From NCBI GenBank assembly GCA_016208975.1, contig JACQXA010000002.1:74848-138847 (forward strand): a stretch of DNA of 64,000 nt, read 5' to 3'. The DNA is from Nitrospinota bacterium (GTDB lineage Bacteria > Nitrospinota_A > UBA7883 > JACRLM01). The position numbers were made by a program, and so were the translations under genes. The notes under the pieces were generated by a model that saw only the letters and a program-made list of their open reading frames with translations, ran no database searches and was not told where the DNA came from. Below, piece by piece: positions 39,187 through 48,803 of this stretch (the first letter of the stretch is position 1; every line of letters starts with the position of its first letter).

Positions 39187-39307
39187 CCAGCTGTAAAAAG
39201 CAATCCGCCTCATGCCAACTCCCTGAAAAATACAGCGCTTTTTCGCCTTCCAGCGCCGCCCGCTAAAAAGGTTCCCCCGCCATTTCCACCACCCGGCGCC
39301 CCATGGT

Positions 39308-40450
39308 ATGCTTTCCGCCATGGAAAACGAGATCACCCAAAAACTCCAACTTCTAAGAAACCGGCTGGAAGCCATCATGCGCGGCGCCGAGTCTGCCGGA
39401 CGCTGGCATAAGCCGCTTATGGCGCTCTCCACCCTTTACGGCTCCACCATGACGGCGCGAAACCGTTTGTACGATAAGGGAACCCTTAAAACAGGCCGCG
39501 CCCCCTCGGCGGTGATCAGCGTGGGCAACATCACCATGGGCGGCTCGGGTAAAACGCCGCTGGTGGAGCTTATTTGCCGCAAACTATCCGGTCATAAAAC
39601 CGGTATCCTCTCCAGAGGCTATGGCGGTAGCGCCCCCGGCCCGTTTTACATGGTGGGCGGGCCCGAGGGGATTTTAGGCGAACCTCCGCCCATTTCCGCC
39701 GACGAGCCGTACATGCTGGCCCGCAGGCTTCCGGGCGTTGTGGTGGCCTGCGCGCCCAACAGGCTTTACGGAGCGCGGAAAATGGCCGAAAAATACGGGG
39801 TGGACACGATAATACTGGATGACGGATTCCAGCGCCGCTCCATAGCGCGGGATCTGGACATCCTCGCGCACGACGCTTTCACCCCGCTGGCGTCCAACTT
39901 CGTTTTCCCAAGGGGAACCCTTCGGGAGCCTCTGGATGGAATAAACAGAGCCGGCATTATTGTGATCACAGCGCCGGACGGCGCGCCGGAGACCATTATC
40001 TCCCAAGCTGTGGATGAAGTTAGAAGTCTCGCCCCCGGCAAACCTGTGGCCGTAGCTTTGGGCTCCATAGCCGGATTCAAAAGCCTTAACGGTCAGCAAA
40101 GCGTAAACGTCAACGGCCCGGCGCTGGCGTTTTGCGGCGTGGGCGCCCCGGAAAGGTTCAAGATGTCGCTGGAAAAAACCGGGGTAAAGGTTTCGGAGTT
40201 TATTACCTTCCCGGACCATCACAAGTACCAGGTGGGCGATATAGAGCTAATCCGCAAAGCCGCGGCGGATATGGAGGCGGAGTTCATCGTGACCACGGAG
40301 AAAGACGCCGTGCGCCTGATAAGGTTTATGGGCGCGTTGGCCAGCATGCCGGTTTGCTATGCGGAGTATGGCCTGCGGATAACCCGGGGTGAAAGCGAAT
40401 TGAACGCCGCGCTGGCGGGGGCTTTAAAAGGAGCCACCGGCGCCGGGTAA
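39308..40450 (+). CDS. lpxK: Tetraacyldisaccharide 4'-kinase
   Basis: VISVGNITMGGSGKTP, LSRGYG, DEP, ILDDGFQ, FPDHH, TTEKDAVR. Confidence 0.94.
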   Translation: MLSAMENEITQKLQLLRNRLEAIMRGAESAGRWHKPLMALSTLYGSTMTARNRLYDKGTLKTGRAPSAVISVGNITMGGSGKTPLVELICRKLSGHKTGILSRGYGGSAPGPFYMVGGPEGILGEPPPISADEPYMLARRLPGVVVACAPNRLYGARKMAEKYGVDTIILDDGFQRRSIARDLDILAHDAFTPLASNFVFPRGTLREPLDGINRAGIIVITAPDGAPETIISQAVDEVRSLAPGKPVAVALGSIAGFKSLNGQQSVNVNGPALAFCGVGAPERFKMSLEKTGVKVSEFITFPDHHKYQVGDIELIRKAAADMEAEFIVTTEKDAVRLIRFMGALASMPVCYAEYGLRITRGESELNAALAGALKGATGAG

Positions 40451-40452
40451 CA

Positions 40453-41691
40453 TCAGTCGAACTTCCAGTCGGTCGCCGCGCCCTTTTTTATGGGAAAGGT
40501 TTCCGCGAGCCAGTTTGAAACCGCATGGGCCGCCACCGCGTGCCCGGCGCCGTTCCAATGCACGCCACCTTCATATAGTACGGCGTATTTGCCGTTCACC
40601 TGGCTGAAGGGATGGTACAGCCGCATGTAAGGTATCTTCTCGTTTCGCAGGAACGGCTCCAGGTCGTCCTCCACCGACAGGTAATAAGGCTGGTTCGGCC
40701 CGGCGGCCTGGGGCTCCAAAGCCTCCCGTTTGGGGATTATCACCACGCCGAACTTGCCGCCGTCTTTCTCCACTTCGGCCTTAAGTTTTTTGATTATCAG
40801 ATGCGTCAGCAGGAAAGCCTCTTTCCATTTGTCCGACGGCGTTTTCGTCCACAACGGCCCATAAGCCTTGTCGAAAGCGTCGCTCTTCCCCTCGTCCTCC
40901 TTATGCGCCAAACCGAACAGCGGCGCAAGCCGGTATTCCCACAAAAGGTTAAGCTTCACCTCGTGGAGCAATAGCGACCTTAAGCACATGAACCGGAACG
41001 GTTCGTATCCGTTTATCCTCATCGGGTCGTTATACGGGTCCACGAAAGATTTGGCCAGCGGCCCTTTATACGGATGATTTTTCAGAATAATATCCGTCTT
41101 CCCCTCGTTAAGCGTGAAATAGGGTTTTTCGGTGGGGGCTCTCATCATTTCGGCGAACAGGCCCGCGGCGTTGTCCCGGATGTCGTTCCCAACGTAGATG
41201 TGCAGGACGGTTATGTCCGGTTTCAGCGCCTTTCCCTTGCTCTGGTAGAAAAGAAGCTCCTGGTCGGTCCCGTACCCGTTGGTTCCGGCGTTCACAATCT
41301 CCGCCTCGTACCCGGCCCGGCGCAGGCGGAACTCGGTTACGCTCTTGTACATCTCCTCGAAGTTGTAGGCGTTGTCGTACAGGAAAGAGTCCCCAAGAAA
41401 CAGGACCCGCGTGTCCGGCCCTTTCTGCGCCGCGTATTCCCTGTCCCGCGCGCCCATGGAGTTTATGGATGTGTGGATAAGCCCGTTCCATGTCTCCACG
41501 TATCCCGCCGCGTAAGGTTCCATACTCCAGCCGGTGTTCCCGTCCGCCACATGGAAGGAGCGCCAGTTGTACAGATGATGAGCCATTTTCCGCTCGTTCA
41601 TCCGCAGGAACATTTCGATGGCCCCCAGGTATAGCAGGGCGAATATAAGGATAGTGGCAACGGTGAACAGCAGGTTTTTTATGAAAGACAT
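40453..41691 (-). CDS. SGNH/GDSL hydrolase-family membrane-anchored protein
   Basis: FLGDSF, NAGTNGYGTDQE, GND, VHWNGAGH. Confidence 0.82.
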   Translation of the reverse strand: MSFIKNLLFTVATILIFALLYLGAIEMFLRMNERKMAHHLYNWRSFHVADGNTGWSMEPYAAGYVETWNGLIHTSINSMGARDREYAAQKGPDTRVLFLGDSFLYDNAYNFEEMYKSVTEFRLRRAGYEAEIVNAGTNGYGTDQELLFYQSKGKALKPDITVLHIYVGNDIRDNAAGLFAEMMRAPTEKPYFTLNEGKTDIILKNHPYKGPLAKSFVDPYNDPMRINGYEPFRFMCLRSLLLHEVKLNLLWEYRLAPLFGLAHKEDEGKSDAFDKAYGPLWTKTPSDKWKEAFLLTHLIIKKLKAEVEKDGGKFGVVIIPKREALEPQAAGPNQPYYLSVEDDLEPFLRNEKIPYMRLYHPFSQVNGKYAVLYEGGVHWNGAGHAVAAHAVSNWLAETFPIKKGAATDWKFD

Positions 41692-41770
41692 TTAAACCAC
41701 GCCTAATGTTTGGGATTAACGGGATAACAACCCATAAACGGGTAAATCATATCCCGCCGCCGTCCGCAAT

Positions 41771-42754
41771 TCAACGGGAGCCCTCCACCATGGCCCGCAT
41801 GCCCTCCTCCACGGAATAGGGCGGCGTCCAGCCTAGCGCGACCCTGATTTTAGAACTATCCACACGAAGGGAGCCGAACAGCTTTTCCACCGCGCCGCTG
41901 GTGATGGGCATTTTTCGCCCCATCAGCGCGCCAGCCATGTCCCCTGCCTGTCCCAAAGTTTTCATCAAACCTAATGGCACGGCTGGAATCCTCAATCTCT
42001 TATCCATAGCCTCGCCGATAAGCCTGTACAGGCGCGAAGTGGAAATATCCTCCCCGTCGCTCACAAGAAAAATCCCGCTGGCGGCAGATGGATTTTTTGA
42101 ACATGCAATAATAGCGTCCACCAGGTTGTCCACGAATATCAGGCTCCGCAAGTTCGTGGCGGCGCCAAGTGGCAACGGAATCCCCTTTCGCGCGGCTTTC
42201 ACCAGCGCGGCCATGTTCCCCTTCACGCCGGGCCCGTAAACCAGCGGGAACCGGAGGATGACAAGCTCCACGCCACCGCGCGCGCATATCCCTTTTAAAA
42301 CGTTCTCCGCCTCAAGCTTGGTTTTGCCGTAATCGTCCTCCGGCGCGCAGACCGATGTTTCGGTGTACGGGATTTCTAAGGTTCGTTCACCCATGGCTTT
42401 TACGGAACTGGCGAAAACTATCCTTTTCACCCCCGCCTCCACGGCCCGCTCACCCAGAACACGGGAAGCTTCCACATTCACCCGGTAATATTCCGTGGCC
42501 GGATTTTGGGCCTTGTCATGCATTACGTGGGCCCGGCCCGCCAGATGGATAACCGTATCCACCCCGGCAAGAGCGCCCGGCAAATCCGCGCTCGCCTCCA
42601 ACTCCCCGGTTATAACCGTTTTAACGCCCTCTGGAAGCCCTTTGCCGCCCTTGGCCGACCGCAAGGCGCAAACCGCCTCGTGCCCTTCCAGAAGAAGCCG
42701 TGGAACCAGCCGCCTGCCAACAAAACCGGAAGCCCCCGTCACCAGAACTTTCAT
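41771..42754 (-). CDS. NAD-dependent epimerase/dehydratase
   Basis: TGASGFVG; YGKTK; LVYGPGVKGN. Confidence 0.88.
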   Translation of the reverse strand: MKVLVTGASGFVGRRLVPRLLLEGHEAVCALRSAKGGKGLPEGVKTVITGELEASADLPGALAGVDTVIHLAGRAHVMHDKAQNPATEYYRVNVEASRVLGERAVEAGVKRIVFASSVKAMGERTLEIPYTETSVCAPEDDYGKTKLEAENVLKGICARGGVELVILRFPLVYGPGVKGNMAALVKAARKGIPLPLGAATNLRSLIFVDNLVDAIIACSKNPSAASGIFLVSDGEDISTSRLYRLIGEAMDKRLRIPAVPLGLMKTLGQAGDMAGALMGRKMPITSGAVEKLFGSLRVDSSKIRVALGWTPPYSVEEGMRAMVEGSR

Positions 42755-42758
42755 GGGT

Positions 42759-43325
42759 TCAGTGTTTCACCCCATGGCCGGTAATGGCCTTGATAAACGT
42801 CAGGAACAGTATGTATATGTCCAGCGGGAACGACTGGCGCTCCTTGTAATAAAGGTCCATCTCCACCTTGTCGGGGATGGAAAGCTCGTCCCGCCCGTTC
42901 ACCTGCGCCCATCCGGTAAGGCCGGGCCTCAAATCGTTTATGCCATATTTTTCCCGCAGGGCCACCAGGTCGTCCTGGTTGAAAAGCGCCGGGCGGGGGC
43001 CAACGAAGCTCATGTCCCCCTTTATGATGTTCCAAAGCTGGGGGATTTCGTCCAGGCTTGTTTTGCGCAGAAACCCTCCGATGGGGGTAAGGTGGTTATG
43101 CGGATCGGCCAGAAGATGGGTGGCCACCTGCGGCGTGTCTATCTTCATGCTACGCACTTTGGCCATGGGAAAATGCTTCCTGTGGCGCCCCACCCGCTCG
43201 GAAAAATAAAGCACGGGGCCTGGCGATGTTATTTTAACGGCCAGCGCCACAAAAACCATTATCACCGCCAACAGTGGGGCCAACGCCAGCGCCAACGCCA
43301 GGTCGAATACTCTCTTCAGCGTCAC
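42759..43325 (-). CDS. Polyprenyl-phosphate sugar phosphotransferase (Bac_transf, PglC-like)
   Basis: KRVFDL; RKTSLDEIPQLWN..GDMSFVGPRP; PGLTGWAQVNGR. Confidence 0.92.
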   Translation of the reverse strand: MTLKRVFDLALALALAPLLAVIMVFVALAVKITSPGPVLYFSERVGRHRKHFPMAKVRSMKIDTPQVATHLLADPHNHLTPIGGFLRKTSLDEIPQLWNIIKGDMSFVGPRPALFNQDDLVALREKYGINDLRPGLTGWAQVNGRDELSIPDKVEMDLYYKERQSFPLDIYILFLTFIKAITGHGVKH

Positions 43326-44467
43326 AGTCCCGCCCCGGCCAGTTTGCGTTCGTAAAGGGCCAGTGTTTTTTGCGTCACGATCTTTTCAGAGAACTTTTCT
43401 ATAACGGCCGCCCGCCCGGCGTCGCCCATTTTGCGCCGCAAGGCCGGATCGGTTGACAGTTTTTCTATGGCTCCGGCCAGGGCGTTTACATCCCGCAACG
43501 GGACCAGCAGGCCGTTCTCGCCATGCCGGGTTATCTCGCGGCACCCGGCTATGTTGTAAGCCACGATGGGCCGGGCCGCCGAAGCCGCCTCGATGAGTGA
43601 TTTTGGCACCCCTTCGCCGTAAAAGGAGGGCAGGGCCACTATGGACGCTTTCTTCAAGGTATCCGGCATGTCGTCCCGCTGGCCCCAATATTCCACCACG
43701 CCTTCATCGTTCCACTCAGCCAGCTGGCTCGGAGCTATGGATGATGGATTATGTTCATCCGGAGACCCAGCCAGGGCCATGCGGACGGCGGCCCCGCGGG
43801 ACTTTAATATCCGCGCCGCCTCCACGAAATCATAAACCCCTTTAGTGGCAAGCATTCTGGAAGACAATAGAACCACCGGCGCGCCGGAAGGCTCCTTGCC
43901 CGGGGGGGTGAAAACGTCCGTATCCACTCCGGAGCCCATTATCAGTTCCGCTTGGCTTGGCGTAACGATTTTCCCGCTAACGAACGTGTTCATGTCGTCC
44001 GGGTTCTGGAAAATCGCGCAGGATTTTTTGCGTCCCATGGCCAGCCGCAGTACGGTTTTTATGGCGGTCCGGGTGACCGACGCTTTGAACCCCTGGGCCA
44101 CAAAAATATGCCCAAGCCCCGCCAGCGCGTTCACCGTGACCGGCACACCGGCCAAAGACGCGGCGATGGAGCCATAGACCACCGGTTTTAACGCCACGTG
44201 ATGGGCCACATGGGGCTTCACCCGTTTATAGATAGCCACTATTTCCGCAATCGCCATTGCCTCGGAGAATGGGTTCAGCGACCGGCGGGACAGGCTCAGC
44301 GGTGCAAGCGAAAACCCTTCTGCGGCAATCTTATCGCCGTGGCGGTTCACCGCCGTAGCCACGGTAACCTCGTATCCCGCGTCCCGCGCGGCCCTGGCCA
44401 AAGCCAGCCTGTGGGAGTGGAAGTACCAGTCCTCGGTGATAAAAAACAGGATTTTTCGCTTCGTCAT
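43322..44467 (-). CDS. GT4 glycosyltransferase (PglA/CapM-like)
   Basis: TEDWYFHSHRL; SRMLATKGV; EGVPKSLIEA; start set at MTKRK. Confidence 0.9.
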   Translation of the reverse strand: MTKRKILFFITEDWYFHSHRLALARAARDAGYEVTVATAVNRHGDKIAAEGFSLAPLSLSRRSLNPFSEAMAIAEIVAIYKRVKPHVAHHVALKPVVYGSIAASLAGVPVTVNALAGLGHIFVAQGFKASVTRTAIKTVLRLAMGRKKSCAIFQNPDDMNTFVSGKIVTPSQAELIMGSGVDTDVFTPPGKEPSGAPVVLLSSRMLATKGVYDFVEAARILKSRGAAVRMALAGSPDEHNPSSIAPSQLAEWNDEGVVEYWGQRDDMPDTLKKASIVALPSFYGEGVPKSLIEAASAARPIVAYNIAGCREITRHGENGLLVPLRDVNALAGAIEKLSTDPALRRKMGDAGRAAVIEKFSEKIVTQKTLALYERKLAGAGL

Positions 44468-44548
44468 CCGGTTATTATGAGTTTGATAATGGCCGTAATG
44501 GGAGATTTTGTCATTTCGGCGGGTATAAGGCAATATGCCCCGAAATTG

Positions 44549-44699
44549 GGTAGTGTCCCAGTTTGAAAGTACAGGGGAGATTCTTCACTTACGCTCAGAA
44601 TGACAATATAACAGCCGTTGATAACATTGTCATCCTGAGCGAAGCGCAAGCGAAGTGAAGGATCTGTCTGTTATTTGAGATTCAAACTGGGACACCACC
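44549..44699 (+). mobile_element. 151-bp MITE, copy 4
   Basis: Perfect 8-bp target duplication CGAAATTG on both sides. Confidence 0.92.
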
Positions 44700-44791
44700 C
44701 GAAATTGACACCTGCATGGCTCACGGCTACCATACTTGCTCGAGGATGGCGCGAGGCGCCTGTTTTCGCAACATTTAACCGCTAAGGCGTT

Positions 44792-45937
44792 TTGATGCCC
44801 AGTTTGCCCCGTTCCAACCATAACCGCGTTATCCTTTTGCTGGCGGCGGTAATATTTATCGCCCACAACGCCTGGTTCCTCCGCTCCCCCATCATCATGA
44901 GCGGCGACACGCCCAGGTATATAGACTCGGCGGATTACCTTCTGGCCCACGGCGCAATAGTTGGGCGCGACCAGAATTATTCCGGGTTCGTGGCTTACCT
45001 GGCGTTTATGAAAATACTGGCGCCTGAAGGGGAATCGTTCAAAATAGCCGCCATCGCGGTCCAGACCTTTATTTCCCTCATCGCCTTTCTATGCGTTTAT
45101 GGAACCGGGGCGCGGGTGTTCTCCGAGACTGCCGGGGCGCTGTCGGCTCTGTTCTTCTCGCTGAACCATTACGCCATATACTGGATCCAGTATGCGCTTA
45201 CCGACTCGCTGTTCATTTCGTTCGTCATCATATCCGTATGGGCGCTGGTCCGTTTCGGCGAAAACGGGCGATGGATATGGCTGGCGGCCCCAGCCTGCCT
45301 GTTCACCGCCGCGCTCCGGCCCAACGGGGTGTTCATATTCCCGGTGTTTCTTGTTTATCTGCTGTCATATTTGTCCCGGAAGGTTCAAATAGCCATCTAC
45401 TCGGCCTGTATTGCGGCGGCCATCGCGGCCTCCCCCTTCCTGATGACGGAGTTCCAGAAAGCCACGGACCATATACAGGTGATGGACAACCTCACCGGCG
45501 GTTATCTTGTGTGGGGGCTGGACAAAATTGAAATGCCCCCGTTCCAATGGGAAAAAAAGAACGTGATAGAAGATTCGTTCACCTATTTCACCGCCTATCC
45601 CAAGGACACTCTCAAGCTTTTCGCCACCCGGCTCTACACCGCCTACATCTTTACCCGGAGCGGCTACACTCCCGCCCACAACGCTTTCCTGCTCACGGTC
45701 CTGCCGGTGTTCTACATTCTCGCCGCCGCCGGGGCCGTCAGGAGTTATATTACGGTCTTCACCCGCGACAGGTTGCTTGTAATGGGCGTCATCGCCGTTC
45801 AAAGCGCCATACTGGCCCTCACTTTCAGCGATTACGACCCCCGGTTCACGTGCTACATTATTACCCTTGTGGCGCTGTTCTCGGCCTACGGCGCCGAATG
45901 GATTGGAATAATCACCGTTGGGAAACGCGGCGTTTAA
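44792..45937 (+). CDS. GT-C (ArnT/PMT-like) integral membrane glycosyltransferase
   Basis: GDTPRY early loop, LTDSLF, LRPNG; many TM segments. Confidence 0.72.
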   Translation: MMPSLPRSNHNRVILLLAAVIFIAHNAWFLRSPIIMSGDTPRYIDSADYLLAHGAIVGRDQNYSGFVAYLAFMKILAPEGESFKIAAIAVQTFISLIAFLCVYGTGARVFSETAGALSALFFSLNHYAIYWIQYALTDSLFISFVIISVWALVRFGENGRWIWLAAPACLFTAALRPNGVFIFPVFLVYLLSYLSRKVQIAIYSACIAAAIAASPFLMTEFQKATDHIQVMDNLTGGYLVWGLDKIEMPPFQWEKKNVIEDSFTYFTAYPKDTLKLFATRLYTAYIFTRSGYTPAHNAFLLTVLPVFYILAAAGAVRSYITVFTRDRLLVMGVIAVQSAILALTFSDYDPRFTCYIITLVALFSAYGAEWIGIITVGKRGV

Positions 45938-45952
45938 TGGAGCGTTGTTGAT

Positions 45953-47395
45953 ATGCCGGCATCAGTTTATCTAGACCCCGCCCGGGACGAATATACCCGC
46001 AAGCGGATGGAGCATTGGGACTCGCTGGCGCCGGATCTGGACCAATACAAACGCCACAGCGCCGCGTACCATAAAAGGCTGGCCGGGGTTTACCGGTTCA
46101 TCATCCCCCAGGGAAGCCGGGTGCTGGAGATGGGATGCGGCCGGGGCGACCTTCTGGCGGCGTTAAAGCCCGGCAAAGGCGTGGGGGTGGATTTTTCAGC
46201 GGAAACAATCCTGGCGGCCCGCCAGAGGCATCCACAGCTGGAATTCATCAACGCCGACGCGCACGATTTGGATATGGCCGGGGAGTTCGATTTCATCATC
46301 CTGTCCGACCTGCTTAACGACCTGTGGGACGCGCAACAGGCCCTGGAGCGCGTCCGGAAGCTTTGTTCGCCCCGCACGAGGGTTGTGATGAACCTCTACA
46401 GCAAGCTGTGGGAGGCGCCGCTGTCATTCACCAAACGGCTGGGGCTCTCCACGCCGAACCTTACGCAGAACTGGCTTACCGTGGAGGATGTGGCGAACCT
46501 TTTGTCGCTCACGGATTTGGAGATGATCCGCAGTTTCGGCGAGGTGATGCTACCCCTTGATATTCCCGCCGTGACAACCATGTGCAACCGCTACCTTGTA
46601 AAACTGTGGCCATTAAGACATCTGGCGCTCACCAATTTCATCGTGGCGCGTCCGGTGGGTTTTGGGCCATCTCAAAAACCAGTGGTGTCCGTATTGGTTC
46701 CCGCGCGTAACGAGGCGGGGAACGTTCCGGACATTTTCAGGCGCGTGCCGCAAATGGGCGCGGGAACCGAGCTTATCTTCGTTGAGGGCCATTCCAAAGA
46801 CGACACCTATTCAGCCATCGAACGGGAGATTAATAACCACCCCGGAATGCGCGTGAAGCTGTTAAAACAGACCGGCAAGGGCAAAGGCAACGCCGTGCGG
46901 GAGGGTTTTACAGCGGCCACAGGCGACGTGCTGATGATCCTGGACGCGGACCTTACCGTGCCGCCGGAAGACCTGCCCCGGTTCCTGGAGGTGATAACCT
47001 CCGGCAAGGGGGAGTTCGTCAATGGTGTACGTTTAGTCTATCCCATGGAAGACCAGGCCATGCGGTTCCTGAACCTGCTGGGCAACAAGTTCTTCAGCCT
47101 GGCCTTCTCGTGGCTTTTGGGCCAGCCGGTAAAAGACACGCTGTGCGGCACGAAGGTTCTGCGAAAAAGCGATTACGAGAACATCGCCGCCAACCGGAGC
47201 TATTTCGGCGATTTCGACCCCTTTGGCGATTTTGACCTGATATTCGGCGCCGCCAAGGCCAACATGAAGATTGTGGACCTGCCCGTGCGATACCGCGCCC
47301 GCCTTTACGGCGAGACCAACATAAACCGCTGGAGCCACGGCGCCCTGCTTCTGCGCATGGTTGCCTTCGCAATGAGCCGTATAAAGTTCATATAG
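45953..47395 (+). CDS. Bifunctional SAM-methyltransferase/GT2 glycosyltransferase
   Basis: VLEMGCGRG; VPARNEAGN; GKGNAV; ILDADL; DTLCGTK. Confidence 0.9.
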   Translation: MPASVYLDPARDEYTRKRMEHWDSLAPDLDQYKRHSAAYHKRLAGVYRFIIPQGSRVLEMGCGRGDLLAALKPGKGVGVDFSAETILAARQRHPQLEFINADAHDLDMAGEFDFIILSDLLNDLWDAQQALERVRKLCSPRTRVVMNLYSKLWEAPLSFTKRLGLSTPNLTQNWLTVEDVANLLSLTDLEMIRSFGEVMLPLDIPAVTTMCNRYLVKLWPLRHLALTNFIVARPVGFGPSQKPVVSVLVPARNEAGNVPDIFRRVPQMGAGTELIFVEGHSKDDTYSAIEREINNHPGMRVKLLKQTGKGKGNAVREGFTAATGDVLMILDADLTVPPEDLPRFLEVITSGKGEFVNGVRLVYPMEDQAMRFLNLLGNKFFSLAFSWLLGQPVKDTLCGTKVLRKSDYENIAANRSYFGDFDPFGDFDLIFGAAKANMKIVDLPVRYRARLYGETNINRWSHGALLLRMVAFAMSRIKFI

Positions 47396-47473
47396 GTTCC
47401 AGAAAACCGCCGGTTGCTATAAAATGCCCCTGTCGCGCCCTGTTGGGGCGCCTTTCGGGGATCGTTAAATACC

Positions 47474-48403
47474 GTGGAAAAAACATCGAAAATATTTGTG
47501 GCCGGACACAAGGGGCTGGCGGGGTCGGCCATTTGCCGCGCTCTTGAAAAAAACGGTTACTCCAACCTTCTTCAGCGGGACAGGGGCCAGCTCGACCTTG
47601 AGGACCAGCGTTCCGTGCGGGAGTTTTTCAAGTCTGAAAAGCCGGAATATGTTTTTCTGGCGGCGGCGCGGGTGGGGGGCATCATGGCCAACAACACGTA
47701 CCGGGCCGAGTTCATCTACAACAACCTGATCATCCAGACCAACGTGATAGACGCCGCCTGGCGCGCCGGAACGCAACGGCTGATGTTTTTGGGTAGCTCC
47801 TGCATCTACCCGCGCCATTGCCCCCAGCCTATGAAGGAGGAACACCTGCTCACCGGCCCGCTGGAGCCCACCAACGAGCCCTACGCCGTGGCCAAGATAG
47901 CCGGAATAAAAATGTGCGAGGCTTATAACGCCCAGTACGGCGCAAGCTTTGTGTCCGTCATGCCCACGAACCTGTACGGGCCGAACGATAATTTCGACAT
48001 ACACAACGCCCACGTCCTGCCCGCCCTTCTGCGCCGGGTGCACGAGGCGAAAAAAGCCAAAGCGCCGGAAATAGTCGTATGGGGCACCGGAACCCCCACC
48101 CGGGAGTTCCTGCACGCCGACGACATGGCCTCAGCCTGCCTTTTCGTAATGCAAAAAGGGATTACGGAAATGGTGAACATCGGCACTGGCGTGGATGTTA
48201 CCATCGCCGAGCTGGCTCGGCTGATATGCAGTGTTGTGGGGTATGAGGGGGAGGTGAAGTTTGACCCTTCAAAACCCGACGGCACGCCCCGCAAAAGGCT
48301 GGATGTCTCCCGGTTGGGCGAATACGGCTGGAACGCGGGAATAAGCCTGGAGGAAGGGCTGGAAAGCGCCTACCGCTGGTTTTTGGCCAGCAAATACGTC
48401 TGA
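47474..48403 (+). CDS. fcl: GDP-L-fucose synthase
   Basis: [45 protein letters not shown]. Confidence 0.94.
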   Translation: MEKTSKIFVAGHKGLAGSAICRALEKNGYSNLLQRDRGQLDLEDQRSVREFFKSEKPEYVFLAAARVGGIMANNTYRAEFIYNNLIIQTNVIDAAWRAGTQRLMFLGSSCIYPRHCPQPMKEEHLLTGPLEPTNEPYAVAKIAGIKMCEAYNAQYGASFVSVMPTNLYGPNDNFDIHNAHVLPALLRRVHEAKKAKAPEIVVWGTGTPTREFLHADDMASACLFVMQKGITEMVNIGTGVDVTIAELARLICSVVGYEGEVKFDPSKPDGTPRKRLDVSRLGEYGWNAGISLEEGLESAYRWFLASKYV

Positions 48404-48407
48404 CAGG

Positions 48408-48803
48408 TCAGTACTGCTTCTCGTAACTGGCAAGGTCGGTATTCGGCTCCCGCTTCTTCCAGTAGGTGGCGGCGCTCTTGTCTATTCGCCTGTCCATGGG
48501 GTCCTTGCCCAGGGCGCGCATGATAAGCCCCGTGGGGGTGATGATCAAATAAAACACGATGGCCAGCAACAGCCGCGTGTTAAACCACGCCAGAGCCGCG
48601 GCGAACTTTATCCAAAGCCGGTAGAAGGGCAGAAGCGCCATGGGGGCGAAAGCCGCGAAGAAGGCGAAGAACGCCGACGCGCCTAGGAAATAAGGATAGG
48701 CCGCCCGCCCGCGCCACCACAAAATCCCGCCGATGACGCCGAAGATGACGGTGAAACCTGTCCAGGTTGTTCGTACTTCTTTTACGCTCTCGCCTATGGC
48801 CAT
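48408..48803 (-). CDS. SxtJ-family membrane protein
   Basis: Three hydrophobic segments; IITPTGLIMRALGKDPM...YW..R...YEKQY. Confidence 0.82.
   Translation of the reverse strand: MAIGESVKEVRTTWTGFTVIFGVIGGILWWRGRAAYPYFLGASAFFAFFAAFAPMALLPFYRLWIKFAAALAWFNTRLLLAIVFYLIITPTGLIMRALGKDPMDRRIDKSAATYWKKREPNTDLASYEKQY

Noticed and set aside
44464-44950. ORFs reading through MITE copies (also 3980-4342, 39169-39432, 50961-51155, and the 5' extension of 29303-30544)
   Set aside because: They translate the repeat itself (RFAQDD, VILSVSEESP) and have no independent coding evidence
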